Positions 1-12,284 are shown, counted from the first letter of the stretch. The stretch is DNA of 64,000 bases from Eledone cirrhosa (GCA_964016885.1 OZ024750.1:33976001-34040000); one strand, 5' to 3'. A program made the numbers and translations. Notes: generated from the letters alone by a model not told the origin.

Positions 1-503
1 TAAAGAAATCATTATTAATAATTCCATTACTAACATAGTAACTTAATGTAAGGTTCTTATATAAAATTTTGTTGAAAAATTTTAATTTAAATTATAAACC
101 TTTAAAATAGGTGGTTTTATTTCATAGAACCAGAGCTGGTTTTGGCTGGGTTGGTAACTGAAGGGTTACCACAAAACCCCTCAAACATATCACTCTAGTC
201 CTATATCTTAAAAATAGATGTGAACATATCAAAAACAATCAAAGACAGACAGGAAAGTTTTAGTTTGTAGATTAATAATAATAAAAAGTTACACAATTTA
301 GAATGGTGGAACTAGGAAATAATAACTGCATAAAAATGGATGTGAAATGTTTGCTATTAGATTTATATTTAGACAACAGATTCATATTTTCTTGGACTGA
401 AGCCAAATAAAACTGACATACATATTGATCATCAAATTTTGCACATGGAAGCACCAGAGTAATAAGACTCATCACTTAGCCACAATAAAGAACATTATTA
501 AAC

Positions 504-675
504 GCAGTATCAGTAGAGGGTTGGACGCCATGCTTTCTAGCATAGTTACGTCCCTTTACGGTTTGAGTTCAAATCCCGTCGAGGTTAACTTTGCCTTTCA
601 TCCTTACGGGGTCGATAAAATAAAGTACCAGTAGTGTACTGGGTAATTGCTGGTCTTGTGCCAAAAGTAGAAACA
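504..675 (+). mobile_element. tRNA-derived SINE-A, slightly 5' truncated
   Basis: B-box GAGTTCAAATCCC, body GCCTTTCATCCTTACGGGGTCGATAAAATAAAGTACCAG, tail AGTAGAAACAATT; TSD ATTATTAAAC at 494-503 and 676-685. Confidence 0.9.
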
Positions 676-736
676 ATTATTAAACTCTACTTTAGTATTG
701 AGTACTCATTCTCATGTCTGTCAATATCACACACAT

Positions 737-1380
737 ATCATCATCATCATCATTTTATGTCCGCTTTTCCCTGCTTGCAAGGGTGGGACGGGTCCTATTC
801 AACACAGCATCTCTCCACTTGTCATGGTCCTTCGTCATCTCCTCGGTGAGTTTCAACGATCTGAGGTCTGCTCTCACCAGCTCTGCCCATGTTTTACGTG
901 GTCTTCCTCTACTGTGTCTTCCTTCTACTGGGATTTCTTGGCATTTCTTTACCCAGCGGTCATTCTCCATGCGCATCACATGTCCATACTAGCTCAGCCT
1001 TCTCCCTGCACACCACAACTTATCCCTCTTATACCCAGTTTCTTTCTCAACTCATCTATGCTTGGTCGTTCGCGCACATTGACATTGCACATCCAACGGA
1101 GCATGCTTGCTTCATTTCTCTCTAGCCATCGCATATCCTCCTCGGTTGCTGCCCATGTCTCACTACCATGCAGCATCGCGCATCTCACACAGGCATCATA
1201 TAACCGTCCTTTCGTACACAGAGAGAAACCCTGCTTTGTCAACAAAGGAAGTAGCCCCCTAAACTTCTTCCAACTCGTCCTTATTGTAGATACTGTGGCC
1301 TCGGAACCCCCCCCCCCTCCCATGCTAATCTGATCAGCTAGGTACCGGAAGCTATCAACCACTTCCATAGAACCCACCTG
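737..1380 (-). mobile_element. RTE-clade LINE 3' fragment (RT C-terminus) with (TGA)n tail
   Basis: ORFs 994-1470 and 755-979: FRYL..I, KGRLYDACVR.AMLHGSETW, MLRWMCNV, GRPRKTW, WRDAV; frameshifted, 5' truncated at a TA tract. Confidence 0.9.
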
Positions 1381-1495
1381 CATATATATATATATATACA
1401 CATATATATCATCATATATACACATATATATATATATATTTATTAAAATAACAGAATAAAGTTTAAGCAAAGAATCGCTGCTTTCACAGGATCTT

Positions 1496-1618
1496 ATATA
1501 TTAATAAATGGAAACTATATTTATAAAACCATAATTATTTTATTATATATATATATTTCAAATATATATAATAAAATAATTATGGTTTTATAAGTATAGT
1601 TTCCATTTATTAATATAT
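1496..1618. repeat. Near-perfect inverted repeat, ~57-bp arms
   Basis: ATATATTAATAAATGGAAACTATAT/CTTATAAAACCATAATTATTTTATTATATATAT and its reverse complement, one mismatch, short loop. Confidence 0.9.
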
Positions 1619-1708
1619 TGAATATTTACTCCAGTATACTGTTGAGTGCTTTATATCAGTTATAAAACTTTTAAGCTTGTTGAATCCCAACAAATTAAAT
1701 ATATCCTT

Positions 1709-1710
<2 letters not shown>

Positions 1711-1763
<53 letters not shown>

Positions 1764-1776
1764 ATATATACATACC

Positions 1777-1809
<33 letters not shown>

Positions 1810-2180
1810 ATACATACCTATATATATATATACAAATAGATACATATATATATATATACTTTTATATATATGTATATATATATATACATACATACGTTTA
1901 TATATACGTATATATATATATACATATATACATATATACATACATATATATCTACATACGTACATACGTATATATCTACATATATATCTACATACGTACA
2001 TACGTATATATCTACATATATACATACGTATATATATACATATATACATATATATATACATATATACATATGTATATATCTACATATATACATACGTATA
2101 TATATACATATATACATATGTATATATATATACATATATACATACGTATATATATACATATATATAAATTTATATATATG
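1711..2180. repeat. (TA)n/(TACA)n compound microsatellite
   Basis: Direct inspection; source of YI-repeat ORFs. Confidence 0.95.
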
Positions 2181-3584
2181 CAGTCATCATTAGTAATCCC
2201 AACATTTATTTACAAATTATGTAGGCCCTAGACCCTATATAGGAACCTGGCTAGCTTCTCTTATTCCCTGCGTGTTTCAGTGTTTCTGGCTACAAGTGAG
2301 CTATTTCCATTTAAGTAAATGAGACAAATCCCAGCATCAGTCATTCATTTACAAAACTCTGGCTTTGAAAGGTCATTATATTTTGTGGCTTATAAAACTT
2401 ACAATGTTTGGTTTCTAGTTGCTTAGTAAATAAGTCATTTAACCCTTTAGCATGCTCATTACTCTAGAGTCACTGGGAAGAAGCAAAGCAATTATTAATA
2501 AGAAGAGCTGAAATTAATGCATGCAAGATTTCACAGCTCTAGCATCACACCTTCATAGTCAGCCTATGAACTTTTCAGCCCACCCTTGTAAATATATTTT
2601 TTGCACAATAAAATTCGAATTCAATAAACTGCAAAATCAAATATGTCAGATGCAAATTTCATACCGTTCCCAAGTGATTAAAGTAGTTTTACACTTTTAA
2701 TATAAGTGATTCACTACACAGTGGCCTCTGAGATTAGAGGTTATGGAGTACCCAAGAGTTATTAACTGGTTTATTTGAAATTTAATCCTAGTTTGAAACT
2801 CAAGGGAATGTTGTACTAGGAGGCAGTTTCAATCATAACCATGTTTATCACATTACATATCACTTCAGGAGCTGGGCCATATCCCATTTCTCTTTAATCA
2901 TGTAACACTCCCTTCCCCCACGACAAGAAGGAGAAGAAGAAGAAGAAGAAGAAGAAGAAGAAGAAGACTAAGTAGACGTAGTATTAAATTATATAAATAG
3001 CAAAATCAAAAATGTTAATAGAAGTTCCTGTCATTTACACATAAAAAAAAATGTAGTTTCCCCGTTTCTACATATAGCATATGTATTGATATATACTTTA
3101 TGAAACGCTAGCATGGGTTAAACAAGTTGTCCCGTTGTGAGACAAGTCAGGCCCAGTGAACATATCTTCTAGAGAGAGAAAGAATGAGAGATAACTCTGT
3201 TACTAGTTAAAACAAATAAAACCATTATTTCTCCCTTCCCCCATGATCCTCTTGGGGGAATAAGTGGGAGGAGGAGGAGAAAAAGAAGAAAGAAAGAAAA
3301 AGAAAAGGAAAAAAAGAAAACGAAGAAGAAGAAAAAAAGATTTGTAGGGAAGAAATGTTAATACAAGTTCCTATCATTTGCACATGAAAAAATGTAGTTT
3401 TCCTGTTTATACATATAGTATATGTATTGAAACATATATATCTCTCTATATCAACTAGAAATTGATTGACATACATATATTTAAAATAAACACATGAAAC
3501 AATCACAGGAGATAATTTGTAAAGTGTGTAATCACACATAGTTATGTAGGTAACTAATTAAAGTTTAACTAGAGCTTCAAATAT

Positions 3585-4047
3585 CTATCTATCTATCTAA
3601 GGCGGGTAAAATTCCCAAGATCCATGGACGAGTTCTCTCCAGCGGTCTCTGTCCCTCATTATCGCTGCCATGTCCTGCGTCTCCAACAGACCAGTGTCTG
3701 TCCTTAGGGCATCAACATACGTTAACCTCTTCATTGCTGTAGTGGAGTCTGTGCTGCTGTATGGGTCTGAGACTTGGACACTGACCAAGAAACTCACTCA
3801 GATGGTGGATGGGTGCTACATGAGAATGCTGAGGATGGCTCTGAACATTAATCAGTATACACTGAGGATGAAAAACTCAGAGCTGTATGGGAGCATCCCA
3901 AAAGTCAGCTCAAAAGTGACACAGAGGAGACTGAGGTTAGCTGGACATGCTCACCGACATCCAGAGTTGACATTGCACTCAGTGCTCCTTTGTGAGCCCC
4001 TACATGGATACACTAGAAGAGGAAGACCAAGGTTAACGTATGTTGAT
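3585..4047. mobile_element. RTE-clade LINE 3' fragment with internal inversion
   Basis: 3585-3728 minus strand (LTYVDALRTDTGL..MRDRDRWR, (TAGA)n tail); 3729-4047 plus strand (SVLLYGSETWTL, RRLRLAGH, RRGRPRLTYVD); TSD GCTTCAAATAT 3574-3584 and 4048-4058. Confidence 0.88.
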
Positions 4048-4399
4048 GCTTCAAATATTACCTTTTTAAAAAATGATTAATCCTCCTTGTATATATTTCA
4101 TTAAAGAAATATATTTCACCGTTAATCCGTAAAGTCACAGTAGTCAAATCTTGGATCTTCAGCAAGGGGGAAGATTTAACAATCTGTGCTTACACATCTA
4201 ATGCAAATCTGCGAGTGAGCCGTCGCACGTGTTGCATTTCTAAAACTACTAACAACATGCTAGCGTCACCACATTGGCATGAATAGGGTGATCGACAGTT
4301 ATGCATACAGGGTGATGTTTTGATACTAATTTCAAGAACTGAAAAAATACTAACATTTACTAAATTCAAACTGGCTCAGATAGAGAGAAATGATATAGC

Positions 4400-4960
4400 A
4401 GAAACTGTCTCAAAATAAGATTAATTCAAATGTTTATAGTATCTTTACTGGTGGACAGATTGTCATGAAAATCTGCATTTACATTACTCTATATATACTA
4501 TTATATTTTCAGGGTAAAGTCTTTACCTCACATAATTATCTCACATAATATTAAATCTATGAGATTTTGATATTATTTATTTTGAGAACAACATCAGTAT
4601 GAGCGGCCAATTATGACCAGTTTTAACAGAAAGAGGTGAGATAATTCTGGTTAGATATGGTTAGTTTAAATGTTAAAGGGTTAAAGAGTTTAATTTTTAA
4701 TGTGATGCAGTCATAGTTTTGTTTCGTACTTTTTTCAAGAATCTCTTTTGCTAATATGGTTCCAGTCAGTACAGAAAACGTTAAAAGTCACTGACTAATT
4801 TTTAATGTGATGCAGTCATGAAAATCTGTAAATATTACAGAGTTTAATTTTTAATGTGATGCAGTCATCATTCTGTTTTATACTTTCTTCTAGAATCTCT
4901 TTTACTAATATGGTTCCATGCAATAGAGAAAACATTAAGAATTACTGACTAATGAATTTT
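4400..4960 (-). repeat. Diverged ~150-bp repeat, tandem copies; related copies at ~9340-9505 and 38030-38440
   Basis: Recurrent TTTTAATGTGATGCAGTCA and AATTCAAATGTTTATA(G/C)TATCTTTA motifs, reverse-complemented at the other loci. Confidence 0.7.
4475..4680 (+). mobile_element. piggyBac-type MITE, left TIR lost
   Basis: Internal match to other copies; right end AAATGTTAAAGGG followed by TTAA. Confidence 0.8.
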
Positions 4961-5236
4961 AAAGTTACTTTGAAAAACTAGGTTTCCAGTGAAACAAGAA
5001 AGAAGCAAATAAACAAATTAATTAAAGATATTTAAAAAAATTAAAATATTTTGATTTCTTTTTAAGTTAAGATTTAGGAAAGCTGGCTTTGACTCCTGAA
5101 AATGACTTCTGATTAATATTGACACATTTGATGAGGCAGATCAATCTAATTTTGACTAACAAAGAATATCATTAATTATAATTAAATTTACTAACAAAAT
5201 AACACAGAATAACAAGATGATGATTATTATCATTAA

Positions 5237-5423
5237 GGGCGGTGAATTGGCAGTATCGGTAGAGGGTTGGACGCCATGCTTTCCAGCATAGTTACGTCCC
5301 TTTGCGTTTTGAGTTCAAATCCCGCCGAGGTTAACTTAGCCTTTCATCCTTACGGGGTTGATAAAATAGAGTACCAGTAATGCACTGGGATAATTGCTGG
5401 CCTTGTGCCAAAAGTAGAAACAA
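5237..5423 (+). mobile_element. SINE-A, full length
   Basis: A-box-like TGGCAGTATCGG, B-box GAGTTCAAATCC; TSD TTATCATTAA 5227-5236 and 5424-5433. Confidence 0.92.
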
Positions 5424-5460
5424 TTATCATTAAAAAAAGAAATAATAATAATTATTATTA

Positions 5461-5640
5461 TTGGCAGTATCGGTTGAGGGTCGGACGCCATGCTTTGAAG
5501 CAAAGAGTTACGTCCCTTTATGATCTGAGTTCAAATCCCGCCGAGGTTGACTTTGCCTTTCATCCTTACGGGGTTGATAAAATAAAGTACCAGTAATGTA
5601 CTGGGTAATTGCTGGCCTTGTGCCTAAAGTAGAAACAATT
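5461..5640 (+). mobile_element. SINE-A
   Basis: Same head/body/tail, in an (ATT)n tract after the previous copy. Confidence 0.9.
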
Positions 5641-5664
5641 ATTATCATTATTACTATCATTGAA

Positions 5665-5990
5665 TGTGGTGAGAATGGCCCGTGTGAGTGGGTCTACTCT
5701 GACCATATGCCTGTAGGCTGGTTAATTTGAGGAGGAGAGGGGTACCCTTCCCAGGTGCCCTTGAAGTGTCGGGTGGTCCAAGATTCGTGGGTTACCTGAG
5801 TCGCCCCTGAGTGGTTCACCCCCCTATTGGGAAATTTATTTTGTTAATTTTTATATATATATTTTTTTATTTTTATATTTTTTCATTGTTAAATTGGTTT
5901 TATTGTGTATTTTCACTCAATCTTATTGTAAACCTCCCACTGACCCTGTCGTTGTATTGTCCCCTAAATGTCGGCCCTTGTGGCCACGGG
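5665..5990 (+). mobile_element. Probable LINE 3' end/3' UTR fragment (possibly Tx1/L1-like)
   Basis: GC-rich block then T-rich tract ending CCCTTGTGG like the recurrent tail motif; clade not provable from sequence. Confidence 0.4.
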
Positions 5991-6157
5991 GGATTGGCAG
6001 TATCGGTAGAAGGTCGGACGCCATGCTTTTCAGCATAGAGCTACGCCCCTTTATAGTCTGAGTTCAAATCCCGCCGAGGTTCATTTTACCTTTCATCCTT
6101 ACAGAGGGGGGGGGGGGGTCGATAAAATAATGTACCAGTAATGTACTGGGGGTAATT
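5991..6157 (+). mobile_element. SINE-A, 3' truncated
   Basis: Head and body match. Confidence 0.85.
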
Positions 6158-6569
6158 GATGCCCATTTGTACCGTCCTGTATTGTCCTGTACTGTCCTTA
6201 ATGTCTACTTTATGTAAACCCTTGTGGTTAATAAAGAAAACATTATTATCATTAAAAAACAAGAAATAATGATTATTATTATTATTATTATTATTATTAT
6301 CATTATTAATATTATTAATATTAGAGTATAAACATATGAAGAAAATGGATTTCATGTATTAAATATTATAATATAAAAATAAAAACAACAACAACAATAA
6401 CAACAAAGAAGACTATCAAGAGATTATATTTAATTCCAGTTTGAAAGCATTCATCTACAGGCTGGCCCAGATAAAATGCAAGATTTTAGTTAATCATATA
6501 TTGAGAAATACTTAATATATTTACATGAAGCTTTCACATAATATTCAGAATAAGACGTAATTTATTTAA

Positions 6570-6789
6570 CCCTTTACTGTTCAAACCGGCCAAAACTGGC
6601 CAGAATTCTCTACCTCTTTCTGTTGAAACTGGCTGTAACTGGTCGCTCAAACTGATGTTAAGGTATTGTTCTCAAAATAAATACTTTCAAAATCTCATAG
6701 ATTCGATATTAGGTGAGATAATTATGTGAGATAAAGCATTTACCATGAAAATATAATAGTATATATAGAGTAATGTGAATGCTAAAGGG
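6570..6789 (-). mobile_element. piggyBac-type MITE, complete
   Basis: TTAA on both sides, termini CCCTTTA...TAAAGGG. Confidence 0.88.
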
Positions 6790-6831
6790 TTAAGCCTGAC
6801 AGCCAATCCCTCTCCAGGCCTCATATACACA

Positions 6832-8304
6832 TACAAATGTTTAAAATGACTCTACCATGATGTAATTATTACAGTTATACAAATGTTTAAAATGACTTTT
6901 CCATGATGTAATTATTACAGTTATACAAATGTTTAAAATGACTTTTCCATGATGTAATTATTACAGTTCTACAAATGTTTAAAATGACTCTACCATGATG
7001 TAATTATTACAGTTATACAAATGTTTAAAATGACTCTACCATGATGTAATTATTACAGTTATACAAATGTTTAAAATGACTTTTCCATGATGTAATTATT
7101 ACAGTTCTACAAATGTTTAAAATGACTCTACCATGATGTAATTATTACAGTTATACAAATGTTTAAAATGACTTTTCCATGATGTAATTATTACAGTTCT
7201 ACAAATGTTTAAAATGACTCTACCATGATGTAATTATTACAGTTATACAAATGTTTAAAATGACTCTACCATGATGTAATTATTACAGTTATACAAATGT
7301 TTAAAATGACTTTTCCATGATGTAATTATTACAGTTCTACAAATGTTTAAAATGACTTTTCCATGATGTAATTATTACAGTTATACAAATGTTTAAAATG
7401 ACTCTACCATGATGTAATTATTACAGTTCTACAAATGTTTAAAATGACTTTTCCATGATGTAATTATTACAGTTATACAAATGTTTAAAATGACTTTTCC
7501 ATGATGTAATTATTACAGTTATACAAATGTTTAAAATGACTCTACCATGATGTAATTATTACAGTTATACAAATGTTTAAAATGACTTTTCCATGATGTA
7601 ATTATTACAGTTATACAAATGTTTAAAATGACTTTTCCATGATGTAATTATTACAGTTATACAAATGTTTAAAATGACTCTACCATGATGTAATTATTAC
7701 AGTTATACAAATGTTTAAAATGACTCTACCATGATGTAATTATTACAGTTCTACAAATGTTTAAAATGACTTTTCCATGATGTAATTATTACAGTTATAC
7801 AAATGTTTAAAATGACTCTACCATGATGTAATTATTACAGTTCTACAAATGTTTAAAATGACTTTTCCATGATGTAATTATTACAGTTATACAAATGTTT
7901 AAAATGACTCTACCATGATGTAATTATTACAGTTCTACAAATGTTTAAAATGACTTTTCCATGATGTAATTATTACAGTTCTACAAATGTTTAAAATGAC
8001 TTTTCCATGATGTAATTATTACAGTTATACAAATGTTTAAAATGACTCTACCATGATGTAATTATTACAGTTATACAAATGTTTAAAATGACTTTTCCAT
8101 GATGTAATTATTACAGTTATACAAATGTTTAAAATGACTCTACCATGATGTAATTATTACAGTTCTACAAATGTTTAAAATGACTCTACCATGATGTAAT
8201 TATTACAGTTATACAAATGTTTAAAATGACTTTTCCATGATGTAATTATTACAGTTATACAAATGTTTTAAATGACTCTACCATGATGTAATTATTACAG
8301 TTCT
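6832..8304. repeat. 46-bp tandem satellite, ~32 units
   Basis: Unit TACAAATGTTTAAAATGACT(CTA/TTT)CCATGATGTAATTATTACAGTT(A/C). Confidence 0.97.
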
Positions 8305-9107
8305 AACACATAGTCACTGCCCAATCAAATACAACTCCTCCAAAAATTAATTTAAACTTATATTATTGGTACATTCTTTTTTTTAAACAGGCCTGGATAT
8401 AATTCAATTTCCCCACTTCTATATATTTCAGATATTTATTCAGTTATAAGAAGAAGAAAAAAAGAGGAAAAAACATCTATTAATAAGCAAATTATTTTGA
8501 CCCAAAAATACTGCAAATCCTTGCCTGGCAGTAAGATAAACTAACTGTAATAAAATTGAAGGCGGAAATGAAGCTAAAATGTGACTGAATAATAGATTTA
8601 ATAATAGCTATTAATAGTGTTCAAAGCCTCTTAAGTAAAACAGGACATAATGACATTTGGGTAAATAAATATGCCAAATAGCTTGAATGTTTTTTTAATC
8701 TGTCTTTTGTGAGGAGAAACTAGTTATAGAATGTAGTAAATATATCTAGAAATGAGAATGAGACTAGACAGGTGTTTAAATCTGTTTGAAGAGAAATAGA
8801 TAACTCAAAGTGAACAAACAGAATGAATTTAGACAGATAACTTCTGGTGTGATATAGTGAATTACACAGGCAAAGGATTTACAATTAATTGAAATTTCTC
8901 TCTCAGCTGAAAAAAGAAAACAAAAGCTTAGCAGAAACTGCTGGCGATTTTCACACAAATAAAAGAAAGAAAAGGAGAAAAAATGTAGTGGTGCGTGGAC
9001 GGTGGGGGTTGGGGGTGAGGATTAATTTAAAGAAATTAAGTATTAATTTCAGAAAATGTATTTACAAGAGCAAGGGGAAATCTCATTATTTTTGTTGGTA
9101 GGTTTAA

Positions 9108-9303
9108 CCCTTTAACATTTACATTACTCTATATTTACTATTGTATTTTCAAGGTAAACACTTTATTTCACATAATTATACCACTTAATATCAAATCATT
9201 TATTTTGAGAACAATATCTTAATATAAGTATCAGTAGCCAGTTATGGCTGGTTTGAACAGAAAGAGGAAAGAGAATTCTAGCCGGATATGGACGGTTTAA
9301 ATA
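9108..9303 (+). mobile_element. piggyBac-type MITE, right TIR truncated
   Basis: TTAA-CCCTTTAACATTTACATTACTC start. Confidence 0.8.
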
Positions 9304-9859
9304 CAGCATGTTTTGGCTTTATTGACTTACTTTAGTTCTTAACATCCTGTACCACACGAGATCACATTAACAAGATTTTTTTAAAAATAGTAATACTATT
9401 AGAATAAAACTGTACTGTCTGCATCACATTAGAAACTAAAGTCTACAAATTTTCATAGTAATATAGCCACAAGTAAAGATACTATAAACATTTGAATTGA
9501 CAAACCTGTTTTTAGATATTCCCTGCTAAATAATCACTTGATGCTGAGTACCAAATCATTTTTGGTTATTATAATTTGCATAATCTTTTATTTATTTTAC
9601 CGACCCAAAAAAGATGAAAGGCAAAACTGACGACAGCAGGATTTGAACTCAGAGTTCAGAGATTCAGAAGAAAATCTATCAGACATTCAAAAGATTGACA
9701 ACAGCAACTTGCTTGATGACAGAGCCCTGTGAGGTGGAATGGTGCAGCGGGTATCTCTAGCCATTCTTTGAGGTAATGCTTTTGTCATTTTGTCCTCAGG
9801 GCGCAGCTGAAGCACTGCCCAGACTGGTGTGTAGTGTATGTCTCTCCCAATTTTTTTGG

Positions 9860-10547
9860 AGGGAGGTGGGGGGCATAAAGCTGATGAAATTGAGCCCAGT
9901 ACTTTGCTGGTACTTTATTTTATCGACACTAGAAGGATGGAAGATAAAACTGACCTCAGAAGGTAAAGAGGCGAAATAAATTCAGTTAAATATTTTGTTC
10001 AACAAACCATCGACATAAAGCCAATATTAATGATTTCTACTATAGGCACAAGGCCAGCAATTTTGGGGGAAGAGAAAGTCGATTAAATCTACCCCAGTGT
10101 ATTACTTGTGCTTTATTTTATCACCACCCCGATAAAGATGAAAGGCAAAGCTAACATCGGTGGGATTTGAACTCAGAACATAAAGGGCCATAACTCTATG
10201 CCGTAAAGAATATTGTCCGATGCTCTACTGATACTTCCAAACAGTTTCTGATTTAGGCACAAGGCCAACAATTTTAGAGGTAAGGAAAGTCGATTAAATC
10301 AACCCCAGTTTGATACTGGTACTTTATTTTATCAACCCTGTAAGGATAAGGTAAAGAGCAGAAACAATGTTAAACATTTTGTCCAATAAACCATCATCGT
10401 AATAATGATTCCTTTATAATAAAATAATTGTTTCTACTTTAGGCACAAGGCCAGCAATTACCCAGTAGATTACTGGTACTTTATTTTATCGACCCCATAA
10501 GGATGAAAGGCAAAGTTAACCTAGGCGGGATTTGAACTCAGAATGGC
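9860..10547 (-). mobile_element. Cluster of head-to-tail SINE-A copies/fragments
   Basis: Repeated GGTACTTTATTTTATC and GATTTGAACTCAG at ~9900, 10030-10240, 10244-10355, 10425-10547. Confidence 0.85.
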
Positions 10548-10584
10548 ACTGATTTAGGCACAGAGCCAAGGGAAAGTCGATTAA

Positions 10585-10938
10585 CCCTTTAACCTTTACA
10601 TGGGCGGAGGTGGTGAGAGCTGACCTCGGATTGCTGAAGCCCACTCATGGAGATGACGAAAGACCGTGACGAATGGAGAGATGCTGTGCCACCCTTACAA
10701 GCAGGGAAAAGTGGACATATGATGATGATAATGATTACTCTATATTTACTATTGTACATTCGTAGTAAAGGGTTTACCTCACATAATTATTCCACTTAAT
10801 ATTGAATCTATGAGATTTTAATATAATTTATTTTGAGAACAATACCTTAATGTTGGATGATAAGCCAGTTACGGCCAGTTTGAACAGAAAGAGGTGAGAG
10901 AATTCTGGCTGGATTTGGCTAGTTTAAATGCTAAAGGG
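10585..10938 (+). mobile_element. piggyBac-type MITE containing an RTE tail insertion
   Basis: TTAA 10581-10584 and 10939-10942; TIRs present. Confidence 0.88.
10602..10735 (+). mobile_element. Short RTE LINE 3' end
   Basis: Matches reverse complement of ~740-890 (GGTGAGAGC..ACCTC, TGGAGAGATGCTGTG, CAAGCAGGGAAAAG, (TGA)n tail). Confidence 0.85.
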
Positions 10939-11935
10939 TTAAATCAACCCCAGGGTGCAACTTGTACTTTATCTTATCGACTGCAAGAATGAAAGGCAAA
11001 GCTAATCTCAGTAGGATAATCAAACCCTTGAAAAATGAATGACTGCCTTTGGGTTTCAATAAATTTTGAGAAAAATAAAAAATAAAAATTGGATGAATTT
11101 AATAAAATAACTTTTTCATTAATAAGCTGGTACTGGGAACATCATTTGATATATATTTCTGAAATATTAAAAAAAATTCTTAAATAATAAAAAGAATTTC
11201 TTAAATAATTGAAAAATAAATATAAATATATATAAATATGATCATTTTGGAAATGATTAGATTTATAATGATAAAACCAAGCTCAGTATTTTAAGCAGGT
11301 TTGGAAACAAAAGTTAGTTTAAATTATGTTGAATAAATAAATATAAACTAGATTTTATTTGTATGTGTGTGTGAGTGAGAGGGGGGTCAGAGAGAGAGGG
11401 GGAGGGAGAGAGATTGAATAAATATAAACTGGATTTTATTTGAGTGTCAGAGAGAGAGAGTGTGTGTGTGTCAGAGAGAGAGAGAGAGAGTATGTGTTTG
11501 TCAGAAAGAAACTGACTCAGGCAAAGATTAGGAATAATAATAAAACAGAAAAGAAAATAGGATAACTAAAGAATAATAAAATAGGCAGAAAGGAAGAAAA
11601 AAGTTAATGAAAAAGCCTGAGAAAGGTTGACCTTTTGGTGAAAGTCATATATAAAGCAGTCAGACAATAGGAATAAAAGTTTTTGGTGTCAATAACACAA
11701 ATCTCAAGAAACCAGAGCTACTTTTCTTTACTATTATCTTACAACAGTTAAACATGATAAATCATTGTTTCTCTGAAGTTATTATTTTTATTTATTTTTT
11801 AGCATTGTTAAAATTTGTTTACACACAAAACTCACACACCAACACACACACTCAATATCCTGTACGGTCATAATGTTTTCCTTGATGTAAACCCTTTGAG
11901 GTTAATAAAGAAATCATTATTATTATTGCCCCTTA

Positions 11936-12123
11936 GGGCGGTGGATTGGCAGTATCGGTAGAGAGTCGGACGCCATGCTTTGACGCATAGAGTTACGGCC
12001 CTTGCCATTCTGAGTTCAAATCCCGCCAAGGTTAACTTTGCCTTTCCTCCTTATGGGGTTGATAAATTAAAGTACCAGTAATACACTGAGTAATTGCTGG
12101 CCTTGTGCCAACAGTAGAAACAA
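11936..12123 (+). mobile_element. SINE-A, full length
   Basis: TSD TTATTATTATTGCCC(C)TTA on both sides. Confidence 0.92.
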
Positions 12124-12284
12124 TTATTATTATTGCCCTTAATCTCTGTTATAAAATTTATTTAACGCAAAAAAAACCCCAAAACTGACACTGTATCGTC
12201 CTGTACCATCTTGAAATGTCTCCTTAATGTGAGCCCTGTGTGGTTAAAAAAACCCCAAACTGTATCGTCCAGTACCATCTTTAA

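Larger units (their letters stand above)
10550..11015 (-). mobile_element. SINE-A long variant split by a MITE
   Basis: GAAAGTCGA|TTAA ... TTAA|ATCAACCCCAG reconstitutes the intact GAAAGTCGATTAAATCGACCCCAG seen near 40978. Confidence 0.8.

Noticed and set aside
6832-8304. CRISPR-like appearance of this and the 28-, 23- and 56-bp arrays
   Set aside because: Units are contiguous with no unique spacers; eukaryotic context, no cas genes
8776-8930. Minus-strand acceptor TTTTCTTTTTTCAG with a short ORF
   Set aside because: No convincing donor or recognisable protein; such tracts are common in AT-rich DNA
11615-11670. TATATAAAG with upstream AAGGTTGACCTT as a promoter
   Set aside because: Short motifs with no supporting downstream exon
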